Assembly: GCA_035400705.1 (NCBI GenBank)
Contig: DAOMZV010000002.1
Location: 1-46,947, forward strand
Reading direction: 5' to 3'
Length of the DNA: 46,947 bases
Origin: Candidatus Magasanikiibacteriota bacterium
Lineage (GTDB): Bacteria; Patescibacteriota; Patescibacteriia; Magasanikbacterales; UBA10003
Shown: piece after piece, positions 28,831-36,499 of the stretch
Position numbering within the stretch: the stretch's first letter is position 1
How the letters are laid out: each line of letters opens with the position of its first letter
The notes under the pieces: generated by a model
What the model saw: the letters and a program-made list of their open reading frames with translations, nothing else
Database searches by the model: none
Told to the model about the DNA's origin: nothing
Translations under genes and position numbers: made by a program

Positions 28831-28877
28831 ACCCACAACTTTTTAGGTTTAACTACCGTAGAGTTGTGGGTTTTTTA
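28831..28877 (+). terminator. Intrinsic terminator after the 27859 gene
   Basis: 10-bp stem ACCCACAACT-N21-AGTTGTGGGT followed by TTTTTATT. Confidence 0.75.
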
Positions 28878-28882
28878 TTAGC

Positions 28883-28911
28883 TTGACTTGTTTATAACTT
28901 TGCTCTATAAT
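28883..28911 (+). promoter_or_regulatory. Consensus promoter for secE-nusG-tsf
   Basis: TTGACT-17 nt-TATAAT. Confidence 0.65.
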
Positions 28912-28958
28912 ATCTTTTAGAAGTCCCGTCAGGGGGCTTTTTAAAAACCTTAAATTAT

Positions 28959-29156
28959 ATGTCTATTGGCACAAAAATTGTCAATTATTTTCAGACCTCC
29001 AAGGTAGAATTAAAGAAGGTCACTTGGCCGACCAAAAAAGAAACTACCCGCTACACTTTAATTGTGGTTGGTTTATGTTTGGTGGTCGCTTTGTTCTTTG
29101 CTCTATTAGACGGCGTGTTTAATTTGGGCTTAGAAAAATTAATTTCTTTAAAATAA
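28959..29156 (+). CDS. secE: Preprotein translocase subunit SecE
   Basis: 65 aa, single TM. E..KV.WP...E is the pattern typical of SecE. Located directly upstream of nusG. Confidence 0.8.
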   Translation: MSIGTKIVNYFQTSKVELKKVTWPTKKETTRYTLIVVGLCLVVALFFALLDGVFNLGLEKLISLK

Positions 29157-29177
29157 TTTAAAGATTAAATTAAAAAT

Positions 29178-29723
29178 ATGCCTAAACAAGTACATCAATT
29201 AGGCCGTCGTTGGTATGTTTTACATACTTATTCTGGCTATGAAGAAAACGTTGCTCATAGCTTAAAACAGAGAATAGAGTCGATGGGAATGCAAGATAAA
29301 ATTTTTGGTATTCTTATTCCGACTGAAAAAAAGATTAAAATTAAAAACGGCAAACGCAAAGTAGTTACTGAGAAAATTTTCCCAGGTTATGTTTTAGTAG
29401 AAATGGAAGTCACTGATGATTCTTGGTATGTAGTGAGAAATACCCCTAATGTTACCGGGTTTATCGGTTCTGGAACAATGCCTATTCCTATTAGTGAAGA
29501 TGAAGTTCGGGCAATTCAAAAGAGAATGGGTGTAGAAGAACCTAAATTCGTGATTGATGTTGGAGTAGACACCCCTGTTAGAATTGTGGATGGCCCCTTT
29601 AAGAATTTTGAAGGTAAGGTGGCCGAAGTTAATGAGGAACGCGGTAAAATCAAAGTGTTGGTTTCTATGTTTGGCAGAGAAACGCCAGTGGAATTGGATT
29701 TTTTGCAAATCAAGAAAATTTAA
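29178..29723 (+). CDS. nusG: Transcription termination/antitermination factor NusG
   Basis: WYVLHTYSGYE NGN domain, FPGYVLVEM, and KOW GPFKNFEGKV. Confidence 0.95.
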   Translation: MPKQVHQLGRRWYVLHTYSGYEENVAHSLKQRIESMGMQDKIFGILIPTEKKIKIKNGKRKVVTEKIFPGYVLVEMEVTDDSWYVVRNTPNVTGFIGSGTMPIPISEDEVRAIQKRMGVEEPKFVIDVGVDTPVRIVDGPFKNFEGKVAEVNEERGKIKVLVSMFGRETPVELDFLQIKKI

Positions 29724-29741
29724 TTTTATATATAAAGAAAT

Positions 29742-30329
29742 ATGTCTATAGATGTTAAACTTATTACTGCTGTCCGCGAAATTACCGGTGCTGGTATGGT
29801 GGACGTTAAAAATGCTTTAGAAGAAGTGGGTGGAGATAAAGATGCTGCCGTGGAATTATTGCGTAAAAAAGGCATTATTAAAGCCGCTAAAAAAGGAGAA
29901 CGCGAGACCAAAGAAGGTTTGGTCCATGCTTACGTCCATGGCAATAATAAATCCGGTGCTTTAGTGGAAGTGTGGTGTGAGACAGACTTTGTGGCTCGTA
30001 ACGAAGCTTTTCAAGAAATGGTTCATAATATTGCTATGCATATTGTCGCTGCCAATCCTTTGTATGTTTCTTCCGAAGAAATTCCTACTGCAGAAATTGA
30101 AAAAGAAAAAGTTGTGCAACGTGAAATTTTGAAAGCCGAAGGAAAACCAGAAGCAATGATCGAAAAGATTTTAGAAGGCAAAATGCAAAAATATTTTTCC
30201 GAAATTTGTTTATTAAATCAACCCTATATTAAAGATGATAAAATTACTGTTGGTGATTTAGTCAAACAAAATATTGCCGTGATTGGTGAAAACATTCAGA
30301 TAAAAAGATTTACCAGGTTTGCCATGTAG
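29742..30329 (+). CDS. tsf: Elongation factor Ts (short form)
   Basis: LREITGAGMVDVKNALEE (UBA-like N-terminus), ETDFVARNE, and dimerisation core. 195 aa. Confidence 0.9.
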   Translation: MSIDVKLITAVREITGAGMVDVKNALEEVGGDKDAAVELLRKKGIIKAAKKGERETKEGLVHAYVHGNNKSGALVEVWCETDFVARNEAFQEMVHNIAMHIVAANPLYVSSEEIPTAEIEKEKVVQREILKAEGKPEAMIEKILEGKMQKYFSEICLLNQPYIKDDKITVGDLVKQNIAVIGENIQIKRFTRFAM

Positions 30330-30340
30330 AAAAATTAAAC

Positions 30341-30370
30341 AGCCGAGGTTTAGCCTCGGCTTTTTGTTTT
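30341..30370 (+). terminator. Intrinsic terminator after tsf
   Basis: AGCCGAGG-TTTAG-CCTCGGCT followed by TTTTTGTTTT. Confidence 0.8.
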
Positions 30371-30380
30371 CTAGAATTTT

Positions 30381-30389
30381 TGCTATAAT
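30381..30389 (+). promoter_or_regulatory. Extended -10 promoter element for gap-pgk
   Basis: TGCTATAAT lies 33 nt upstream of ATG 30423. No clear -35. Confidence 0.45.
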
Positions 30390-30422
30390 TTAAGTACTAA
30401 TTAATTCTTAAGCGTCTTATTT

Positions 30423-31421
30423 ATGAATATCGCGATTAACGGATTTGGCCGTATTGGCCGTCAGGCTTTTAAAGCCGGTTGGGGGAGAAAAAACTTTAAT
30501 ATTGTAGCTATTAATGATTTAACTGATACCAAAACCTTATCTTTTCTGTTGCAATACGATACAGCTTATCATAAATGGAATCATCAAGTTAGTTATGATG
30601 AAAAAAATTTAATTATTGATGGCGTCAAGGTTCCGGTTTTTGCCTCTAAAGATCCAACTACTTTGCCTTGGAAAGATTTGCAGGTTGATGTGGTAATAGA
30701 AAGTACTGGTAAGTTTACCAGTGAAGATGGAGCAAAGACTCATATAGCCGCCGGCGCTAAAAAAGTGGTTATTTCCGCCCCAGCCAAAGGCGGCAACGTA
30801 CCAACTTACGTCTTAGGTGTGAATGAAGAAGGGCTGATTAAAGAAACCGCTGTAGTTATTAACAATGCTTCTTGTACTACTAATTCTTTAGCTCCAGTTA
30901 TGGCAGTTTTGCATGAAAAATTTGGTGTAGTTAAGGCGATGATGAGTACAGTTCACGGTTATACTAATGATCAAAATTTACAAGATGGTCCTCACAAGGA
31001 TTTACGCCGCGCTAGAGCCGCTGCCGAAAACATTATTCCTACGACTACCGGCGCCGCTATTGCTGTAGCCGAGGTCTTACCAGATTTAAAAGGTAAGTTT
31101 GATGGGATTGCCTTACGTGTCCCAGTGCCAGTGGTTTCCTTGTCTGATATTACAGTTGTTTTAGCTAAACAAACTACGGCGGCAGAAATTAATGCTGTTT
31201 TAACCGAAGCTTCTAAAACAGATCGCTTGCAAGGAATCATGTCAGTAACCAACGAACCTCTGGTTTCTTCAGATTTTGTCGGTAATACTTCTTCGGGTAT
31301 TGTGGATTTGTCTTTAACTAAAGTAGTGGAAGGTGATTTAGCTAAAATTGTGGTTTGGTACGATAATGAATTAGGTTATTCCAATCGTTTGGTGGAAATT
31401 ATTGAAAAATTTGGTGCCTAA
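30423..31421 (+). CDS. gap: Glyceraldehyde-3-phosphate dehydrogenase
   Basis: INGFGRIGR Rossmann motif, catalytic ASCTTNS, WYDNELGYS. Confidence 0.95.
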   Translation: MNIAINGFGRIGRQAFKAGWGRKNFNIVAINDLTDTKTLSFLLQYDTAYHKWNHQVSYDEKNLIIDGVKVPVFASKDPTTLPWKDLQVDVVIESTGKFTSEDGAKTHIAAGAKKVVISAPAKGGNVPTYVLGVNEEGLIKETAVVINNASCTTNSLAPVMAVLHEKFGVVKAMMSTVHGYTNDQNLQDGPHKDLRRARAAAENIIPTTTGAAIAVAEVLPDLKGKFDGIALRVPVPVVSLSDITVVLAKQTTAAEINAVLTEASKTDRLQGIMSVTNEPLVSSDFVGNTSSGIVDLSLTKVVEGDLAKIVVWYDNELGYSNRLVEIIEKFGA

Positions 31422-31432
31422 AATAGCTTTTT

Positions 31433-32617
31433 ATGAAGTATCTTCGTCAAATTAAAAATTTAACTGGTAAAAGAGTTTTAATGAGGGTTGATTTTAATGT
31501 TGGTTTTAATAAAGAAGGCAAAATTGAACCAGAAGACGCCATCAAAATCGAACGAACTCTACCCACGATTAAATATTTAGTTAAGAAAAAAGCTAAAATA
31601 ATTTTGATCGCTCATTTAGGCCGACCAGAAGGACAGCGAGTTAAAGAATTGCGTTTAGATGGTGTGGCTGAATATGTTTCCCAATCTTTAAAAAAAACAA
31701 TCACAAAACTCGATGATGTTCTTGGTTTAACTGTGGCTCGTCAGGTTAGTAAAATGAAAAATGGTCAAATTATTTTATTGGAAAATATCCGTTTTGAGAT
31801 TGGAGAAGAAATCAATAGCCCAGTATTAGCTAAGGAATTGGCTAAGTTGGGCGATATTTATGTTAATGAAGCCTTTGGTGTATCTCATCGTAAAGCGGCT
31901 TCAGTTTGTGCTATTACCAAATATCTACCCAGTTATGCTGGTTTGTTGTTAGAACAAGAAATCAAGGCTATGGATTATGTTCTTAAAAAACCAAAAAAAC
32001 CGGTGGTCGTGATTATGGGTGGTTTAAAATTTGAAACCAAATTGCCGGTAATTAAAAAGTTATTACCTAAGGCGGACCAGGTTTTATTGGGTGGTGGTTT
32101 ATCAAGTACGGTTTTAGCTGCTCTGGGTTATACTGTTGGTTCATCCAAAATTGGTAAAGATTATTTTTCTGAAGCTAAAAAAGTTGGTCAAAATAAAAAG
32201 GTTTTTTTGCCTTTGGATGTGGTGGCTGGTAGGAAAGATTCTTCGGATTATCGTAACTGTCTAGTGGAGAAAAAAACTAAAGAGGTTTGCTTAGGAGATT
32301 TAGCTATTTATGATATCGGGCCTAATACAATAAGAGCTTGGAGTGAAATTATTAAAAAGGCTAATACAATTATTTGGAATGGTCCGATGGGTTTTTTTGA
32401 ACAGCCACCTTTTGATAAAGGTAGTTTGTCTTTAGCCTATTTAGTTGGCGCTAGATCCAAAGGCCCATCTTATGGTATTGTTGGGGGAGGGGAAACCCTA
32501 GCCGTTTTAGCTAGGAGTCAAATGACTCAGTACGTCGATCATATTTCTACTGGCGGTGGGGCAATGCTAGAGTATTTATCAGGAAAGAAATTGCCCGGTT
32601 TACAATCTCTTAAATAA
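31433..32617 (+). CDS. pgk: Phosphoglycerate kinase
   Basis: 394 aa with RVDFNV, AHLGRP, GGLKFETK and STGGGA. Confidence 0.95.
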   Translation: MKYLRQIKNLTGKRVLMRVDFNVGFNKEGKIEPEDAIKIERTLPTIKYLVKKKAKIILIAHLGRPEGQRVKELRLDGVAEYVSQSLKKTITKLDDVLGLTVARQVSKMKNGQIILLENIRFEIGEEINSPVLAKELAKLGDIYVNEAFGVSHRKAASVCAITKYLPSYAGLLLEQEIKAMDYVLKKPKKPVVVIMGGLKFETKLPVIKKLLPKADQVLLGGGLSSTVLAALGYTVGSSKIGKDYFSEAKKVGQNKKVFLPLDVVAGRKDSSDYRNCLVEKKTKEVCLGDLAIYDIGPNTIRAWSEIIKKANTIIWNGPMGFFEQPPFDKGSLSLAYLVGARSKGPSYGIVGGGETLAVLARSQMTQYVDHISTGGGAMLEYLSGKKLPGLQSLK

Positions 32618-32644
32618 TTTAATTTATTTAATTTAATAAAGCCT

Positions 32645-33469
32645 ATGTGCTGCACATGCAATGACAAAAATTGCACCGGCGACGGCAAGACTTGCCGTTG
32701 TTCTGGTTGCTGGTCTTTTGGGAAAGTTTTTCTCAAAGTCCTTGTAGGAATTTTGTTAGTTTATTTAATTGTTTTTGTGGGAACCTTATCTCGCAACAAC
32801 GTTAAAAAGTATAGTTTTATTGGTAAAGCTGATAGAATGCAAAATACCATTTCCATTAGTGGTGAAGGTAAAGAGGTCGGCGCTCCTAATGTAGCAGTAA
32901 CTGACATTGGTTTTGTGACTGAAGGAAAAGATGTGGCGACTGCTCAGAAAGAGAATACGGAAAAAATGAATAAATTGATTGTTGAAGTTAAAAAATTAGG
33001 TGTTCAAGATGCCGATATCCAAACTAGTAATTACTCCGTTTATCCTCGTTACGATTATACTGATGGCCGTAGCGTTTTATCTGGTTATACTGTCAACCAA
33101 TCAGTAAACTTAAAAATTAGAGATTTAGCTAAAATCAGCACTGTTTTAGCTAAAGTTGGTGAAGTTGGTGTTAACCAAGTTAGCAGTCTTAGTTTTGTGA
33201 TTGATGAACAAGAAAATTTAAGAGTTTTAGCTAGAGATAAGGCTTTAAAGAATGCTAAAGACAAGGCCGAAGCATTAGCCAAGGCTTTAGGTGTTAAGGT
33301 GGTGAAGGTAGTTTCTTACAACGAATATACTCCTAGCGACTCTTATATGATGAAGTCTTACGCAGTGGCCGAGGGTATGGGTGGTGGCTCTATGGCTCCT
33401 TCTCCAGATATTCAATCTGGAAGTATGGAGGTAAAAGTTAATGTTAATGTTGTCTACGAAATAGAGTAA
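32645..33469 (+). CDS. SIMPL/DUF541-domain membrane-anchored protein with a Cys-rich N-terminal tail
   Basis: MCCTCNDKNCTGDGKTCRCSGCW (8 Cys in 23 aa), then a TM, then a SIMPL-like body (Y.V.P.Y...GY.V...V.....LA+DKALKNAKDKAEALAKALG). Confidence 0.65.
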   Translation: MCCTCNDKNCTGDGKTCRCSGCWSFGKVFLKVLVGILLVYLIVFVGTLSRNNVKKYSFIGKADRMQNTISISGEGKEVGAPNVAVTDIGFVTEGKDVATAQKENTEKMNKLIVEVKKLGVQDADIQTSNYSVYPRYDYTDGRSVLSGYTVNQSVNLKIRDLAKISTVLAKVGEVGVNQVSSLSFVIDEQENLRVLARDKALKNAKDKAEALAKALGVKVVKVVSYNEYTPSDSYMMKSYAVAEGMGGGSMAPSPDIQSGSMEVKVNVNVVYEIE

Positions 33470-33473
33470 ATAA

Positions 33474-33511
33474 TAAAAAAATCGGCTCCCTTTTCAGGAG
33501 CTGATTTTTTA
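33474..33511. terminator. Bidirectional terminator between the SIMPL gene and gpmI copy 1
   Basis: 9-bp stem ATCGGCTCC-N7-GGAGCTGAT flanked by A7 and T6. Confidence 0.75.
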
Positions 33512-35011
33512 TTTGATTAAAGGTAGGCTGGTCATTTCTTTTGGTTGTGGCAAATTCATAATTTTCAAAATTGTAGGGGAAACTTGGTGTAAACAATTAC
33601 CACTAGCCAATTTAATTTTAGGATCAGTGATAATTAGGGGTACGTGATTAAAGGTGTGGGCCGTGTGGGGCTGCTGTCCATCGTTCATTAATTCAATGTT
33701 GCCATGATCAGCTGTAATTAAAACCGTGTAACCATGAGTGGCAGCGAAAGGGATGATTTGAGCTAATGCTTTATCAATTTCAAGAACGGCTTTGATTCCC
33801 GCGGTTAAATCGCCGCTGTGTCCAACCATGTCACCATTGGCAAAATTAGTGACAATTAGCTCATAAGATTCTAGTTCAATGGCGCGAGACAAAGATTTAA
33901 CAATTTCAGCCAAACTCATTTCCGGGTTAGTGGTGTAATTAGTTAGTCCCAAAGAGGGGATAACCATTCGGCTTTCATTATTAAAAACATTTTCTCGCCC
34001 ACCATTAAAAAAATAAGTTACATGGGCATATTTTTCGGTTTCCGTGATGCGAAATTGTTTTAGTCCTTGTTGAGAAATCCATTCGCCTAAGGTATTAACA
34101 GGTATTTCTGGTGGGTACATTACTTTAACCGGGGTGTATTCACTGTCGTATTCTGTTAAACTGGATAAAAACAAATTATTAGGTACGGTAACTGTTTGTT
34201 GTATGGCACTGGGAGCGGTTTTCAAAAAAAGACGAACCATTTGACGCATACGATCAGCTCGAAAATTAAAAAAGACCGCAGCATCGTTCGAGCTAATAAC
34301 TTTATCATCAAAATTAGTTGGGGCAACAAATTCATCACCAATGTTTTCCTGATATTGGTTATTTAAAAAATCTTGCGGTTTTTGTTTGGTAATAGTTTGA
34401 GGTTGGGTCAAATAGTCAAAAACCATTTTAGTTCTTTCCCATTTTTCTCCTCGATCCATAGCTAAGGATCGTCCGGTCATGGTGGAGATTTTGATTTCGG
34501 AGGTTAGTCCCGGTTCTATTTTTTTGATTAAATCAATAGCGCTCATTGGAGGCATATCCCGACCATCCAAAAAAAGATGTAGAGAAACGCTAGGAAATTT
34601 TTCTTTTTTAGCCCAGTTGATTAAGGCAGTTAGATGATTGATGTGAGAATGAATTCCACCGTTGCTTAAAAGCCCAACTAAGTGTAATTTACCACCATAA
34701 GCCATTAAATGATCTTTAGTGTCTTGCAATACCGGATTGCGAAAGAAAGTTAAGTCGGCAATAGTTTTATCAATTTTAGCAACATTTTGCCAAACAATTC
34801 TACCAGCACCCAAGGTAAGATGACCAACTTCAGAACCAGATAAACAGCCTTTGGGCAGACCCACTAATTCTTCTCTAGCATGTAAAACAGTATTAGGAAA
34901 TTTTTTTAATAATTCCTGATAATAAGGAGGATGAGCTTGAAAAATAGCATTGGCAGAAGAGTTTTCACCTACACCCCAACCATCCAAAATCAACAAGATT
35001 GTTTTTTTCAT
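33509..35011 (-). CDS. gpmI: 2,3-bisphosphoglycerate-independent phosphoglycerate mutase, paralog 1 (500 aa)
   Basis: ILDGWG, SGSEVGH (catalytic Ser), GGIHSHINH, LDGRD, FNFRADR, ETEKYAHVTYFFNGG, NFANGDMVGHSG, TADHGN. Confidence 0.85.
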   Translation of the reverse strand: MKKTILLILDGWGVGENSSANAIFQAHPPYYQELLKKFPNTVLHAREELVGLPKGCLSGSEVGHLTLGAGRIVWQNVAKIDKTIADLTFFRNPVLQDTKDHLMAYGGKLHLVGLLSNGGIHSHINHLTALINWAKKEKFPSVSLHLFLDGRDMPPMSAIDLIKKIEPGLTSEIKISTMTGRSLAMDRGEKWERTKMVFDYLTQPQTITKQKPQDFLNNQYQENIGDEFVAPTNFDDKVISSNDAAVFFNFRADRMRQMVRLFLKTAPSAIQQTVTVPNNLFLSSLTEYDSEYTPVKVMYPPEIPVNTLGEWISQQGLKQFRITETEKYAHVTYFFNGGRENVFNNESRMVIPSLGLTNYTTNPEMSLAEIVKSLSRAIELESYELIVTNFANGDMVGHSGDLTAGIKAVLEIDKALAQIIPFAATHGYTVLITADHGNIELMNDGQQPHTAHTFNHVPLIITDPKIKLASGNCLHQVSPTILKIMNLPQPKEMTSLPLIK

Positions 35012-35034
35012 AAGTAATTAATTTAAAAGTTACT

Positions 35035-35048
35035 TTATAATACGGGAA
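35035..35048 (+). repeat. Copy 1 of a 14-nt direct repeat TTATAATACGGGAA
   Basis: 13 of 14 positions identical to 35124-35137. Overlaps the -10 of the minus-strand gpmI promoter. Confidence 0.5.
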
Positions 35049-35065
35049 AAAAGGTTAATTGGCAA
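35037..35065 (-). promoter_or_regulatory. Candidate promoter for gpmI copy 1
   Basis: Minus strand reads TTGCCA-17 nt-TATTAT. Confidence 0.5.
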
Positions 35066-35102
35066 GATACATTTTTAGTTGTTTAACTAATTTAGGGGGT
35101 CT

Positions 35103-35130
35103 TTTACAAAAATTATTTTTTTGTTATACT
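35103..35130 (+). promoter_or_regulatory. Candidate promoter for eno
   Basis: TTTACA-16 nt-(TGt)TATACT. Confidence 0.55.
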
Positions 35131-35137
35131 ACGGGAA
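35124..35137 (+). repeat. Copy 2 of the 14-nt direct repeat (TTATACTACGGGAA)
   Basis: Overlaps the -10 and start region of the eno promoter. Lies 89 nt from copy 1. Confidence 0.5.
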
Positions 35138-35157
35138 TCACTAATTATTTTTTTCTT

Positions 35158-36402
35158 ATGAAAATATTTCAAATTATTGCTCGAGAAATTTTAGACTCTC
35201 GCGGTAATCCCACTGTCTCCACTAAAGTTATTTTAAATTCCGGCGCGATTGGTGTAGCAGCGGTGCCCTCTGGTGCCTCAACTGGTACTCATGAAGCTTT
35301 GGAATTGCGTGATGGTGGCAAACGCTATAATGGCAAAGGTGTTTTAAAAGCCGTAAAAAATGTTAATGAAAAGATTGCTCCTAAAATTGTTAATCAAGAA
35401 ATTAATTCAATCGAAGAATTGGATAATTTAATGCTTAAGTTGGATGGCACTAAAAATAAAAGCCAATTAGGTGCTAACGCCATTTTAAGTATTTCTTTGG
35501 CTGCTGCTCGGGCAGCTGCTAGTGAAAAAGGCCAAGAATTGTATGATTATTTAGCTGAAAGTTTTGGTTTTAAAAATTCTTTTAAAACTCCTCAAGGAAT
35601 GATGAATGTAATTAACGGTGGGGCTCATGCAGATTCCGGTTTATCTATCCAGGAATTTATGTTGGTGCCTCAAAATAAAAAAATGTCTGAACGAGTTAGA
35701 ATTGGCGCTGAAGTGTTTCATTCTTTAAAATCTTTGTTAAAAAAGAATGGTCAGGCTGTGGGAGTAGGTGACGAAGGCGGTTTTGCACCGCATTTGAAAG
35801 GTTCCGAGGAAGCTTTAAAATTTTTAATGAAGGCAATTACTAATGCCGGTTACCGTCCTGGTAAGGATGTTAATTTAGCTTTAGATGCCGCTGCTTCCGA
35901 ATTTTTTAACCAAGGAAAATATAATTTAGATGGTAAAAAATTATCTGGTAGGGAATTGGCAAAAGTTTATTTATCTTGGATGAAGAAATACCCTTTAGTT
36001 TCTTTAGAGGATCCCTTTGCCGAAGACGATTGGCAGTCTTGGCAAGATTTTATGTTGGATCTAAAAAAACAAAAAGCCAAGACTTTAGTGGTGGGGGATG
36101 ATTTGTTTGTGACCAATGTTGAGCGTTTACAGCAAGGTATTGATTACAAAGCAGCTAATGCTATTTTAATTAAGGTTAATCAGATCGGTAGTTTAACCGA
36201 AACTATGGCCGCTATTAAGTTGGCCCAGGCTAACGGATTTAAAGTGATTATCTCCCATCGCTCTGGGGAAACTGCCGATACTTTTATTGCTGATTTAGCT
36301 GTAGCGACTGGTGCTGATTATATTAAGACAGGTTCACTGTCTCGTTCTGAGAGAATAGAAAAGTATAATCGTTTAATGGAAATTGAGGAAAATTTGAAAT
36401 AA
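35158..36402 (+). CDS. eno: Enolase
   Basis: MKIFQIIAREILDSRGNPTV, SHRSGETAD and KTGSLSRSERIEKYN. The ORF-track N-terminal extension (35059) covers the promoter and is rejected. Confidence 0.95.
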   Translation: MKIFQIIAREILDSRGNPTVSTKVILNSGAIGVAAVPSGASTGTHEALELRDGGKRYNGKGVLKAVKNVNEKIAPKIVNQEINSIEELDNLMLKLDGTKNKSQLGANAILSISLAAARAAASEKGQELYDYLAESFGFKNSFKTPQGMMNVINGGAHADSGLSIQEFMLVPQNKKMSERVRIGAEVFHSLKSLLKKNGQAVGVGDEGGFAPHLKGSEEALKFLMKAITNAGYRPGKDVNLALDAAASEFFNQGKYNLDGKKLSGRELAKVYLSWMKKYPLVSLEDPFAEDDWQSWQDFMLDLKKQKAKTLVVGDDLFVTNVERLQQGIDYKAANAILIKVNQIGSLTETMAAIKLAQANGFKVIISHRSGETADTFIADLAVATGADYIKTGSLSRSERIEKYNRLMEIEENLK

Positions 36403-36417
36403 TTTTTATAAAAAAAT

Positions 36418-36450
36418 CCGCCTTGATTTAAAAAACAGGGCGGTTTTTTT
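36418..36450 (+). terminator. Intrinsic terminator after eno
   Basis: CCGCCTTG-N10-CAGGGCGG followed by TTTTTTTATT. Confidence 0.75.
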
Positions 36451-36462
36451 ATTATTTTTTAA

Positions 36463-36491
36463 TTGTCAAACTGGCTTAAAAATGATAGAAT
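36463..36491 (+). promoter_or_regulatory. Candidate promoter for gpmI copy 2-mutM-PAP2
   Basis: TTGTCA-AACTGGCTTAAAAATGA-TAGAAT. The -10 ends 8 nt before the ATG. Confidence 0.55.
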
Positions 36492-36499
36492 TTTAAAAT

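Noticed and set aside
28919-28942. A short hairpin plus T-run (AAGTCCC-GTCAG-GGGGCTT TTT) between the secE promoter and the secE ATG, considered as a possible attenuator.
   Set aside because: The stem starts essentially at the predicted transcript 5' end, is short, and includes a G-U pair. The T-run is only about 3-5 nt before an A-run. It is more likely a 5'-terminal stabilising hairpin than a terminator.
32686-32700. A 15-nt palindrome CGGCAAGACTTGCCG, and ATGTGC-T-GCACAT at the start codon of the SIMPL gene.
   Set aside because: Both lie within or at coding sequence that encodes the Cys-rich tail, where Cys and Gly codons favour such strings. There are no matching copies elsewhere in the window.
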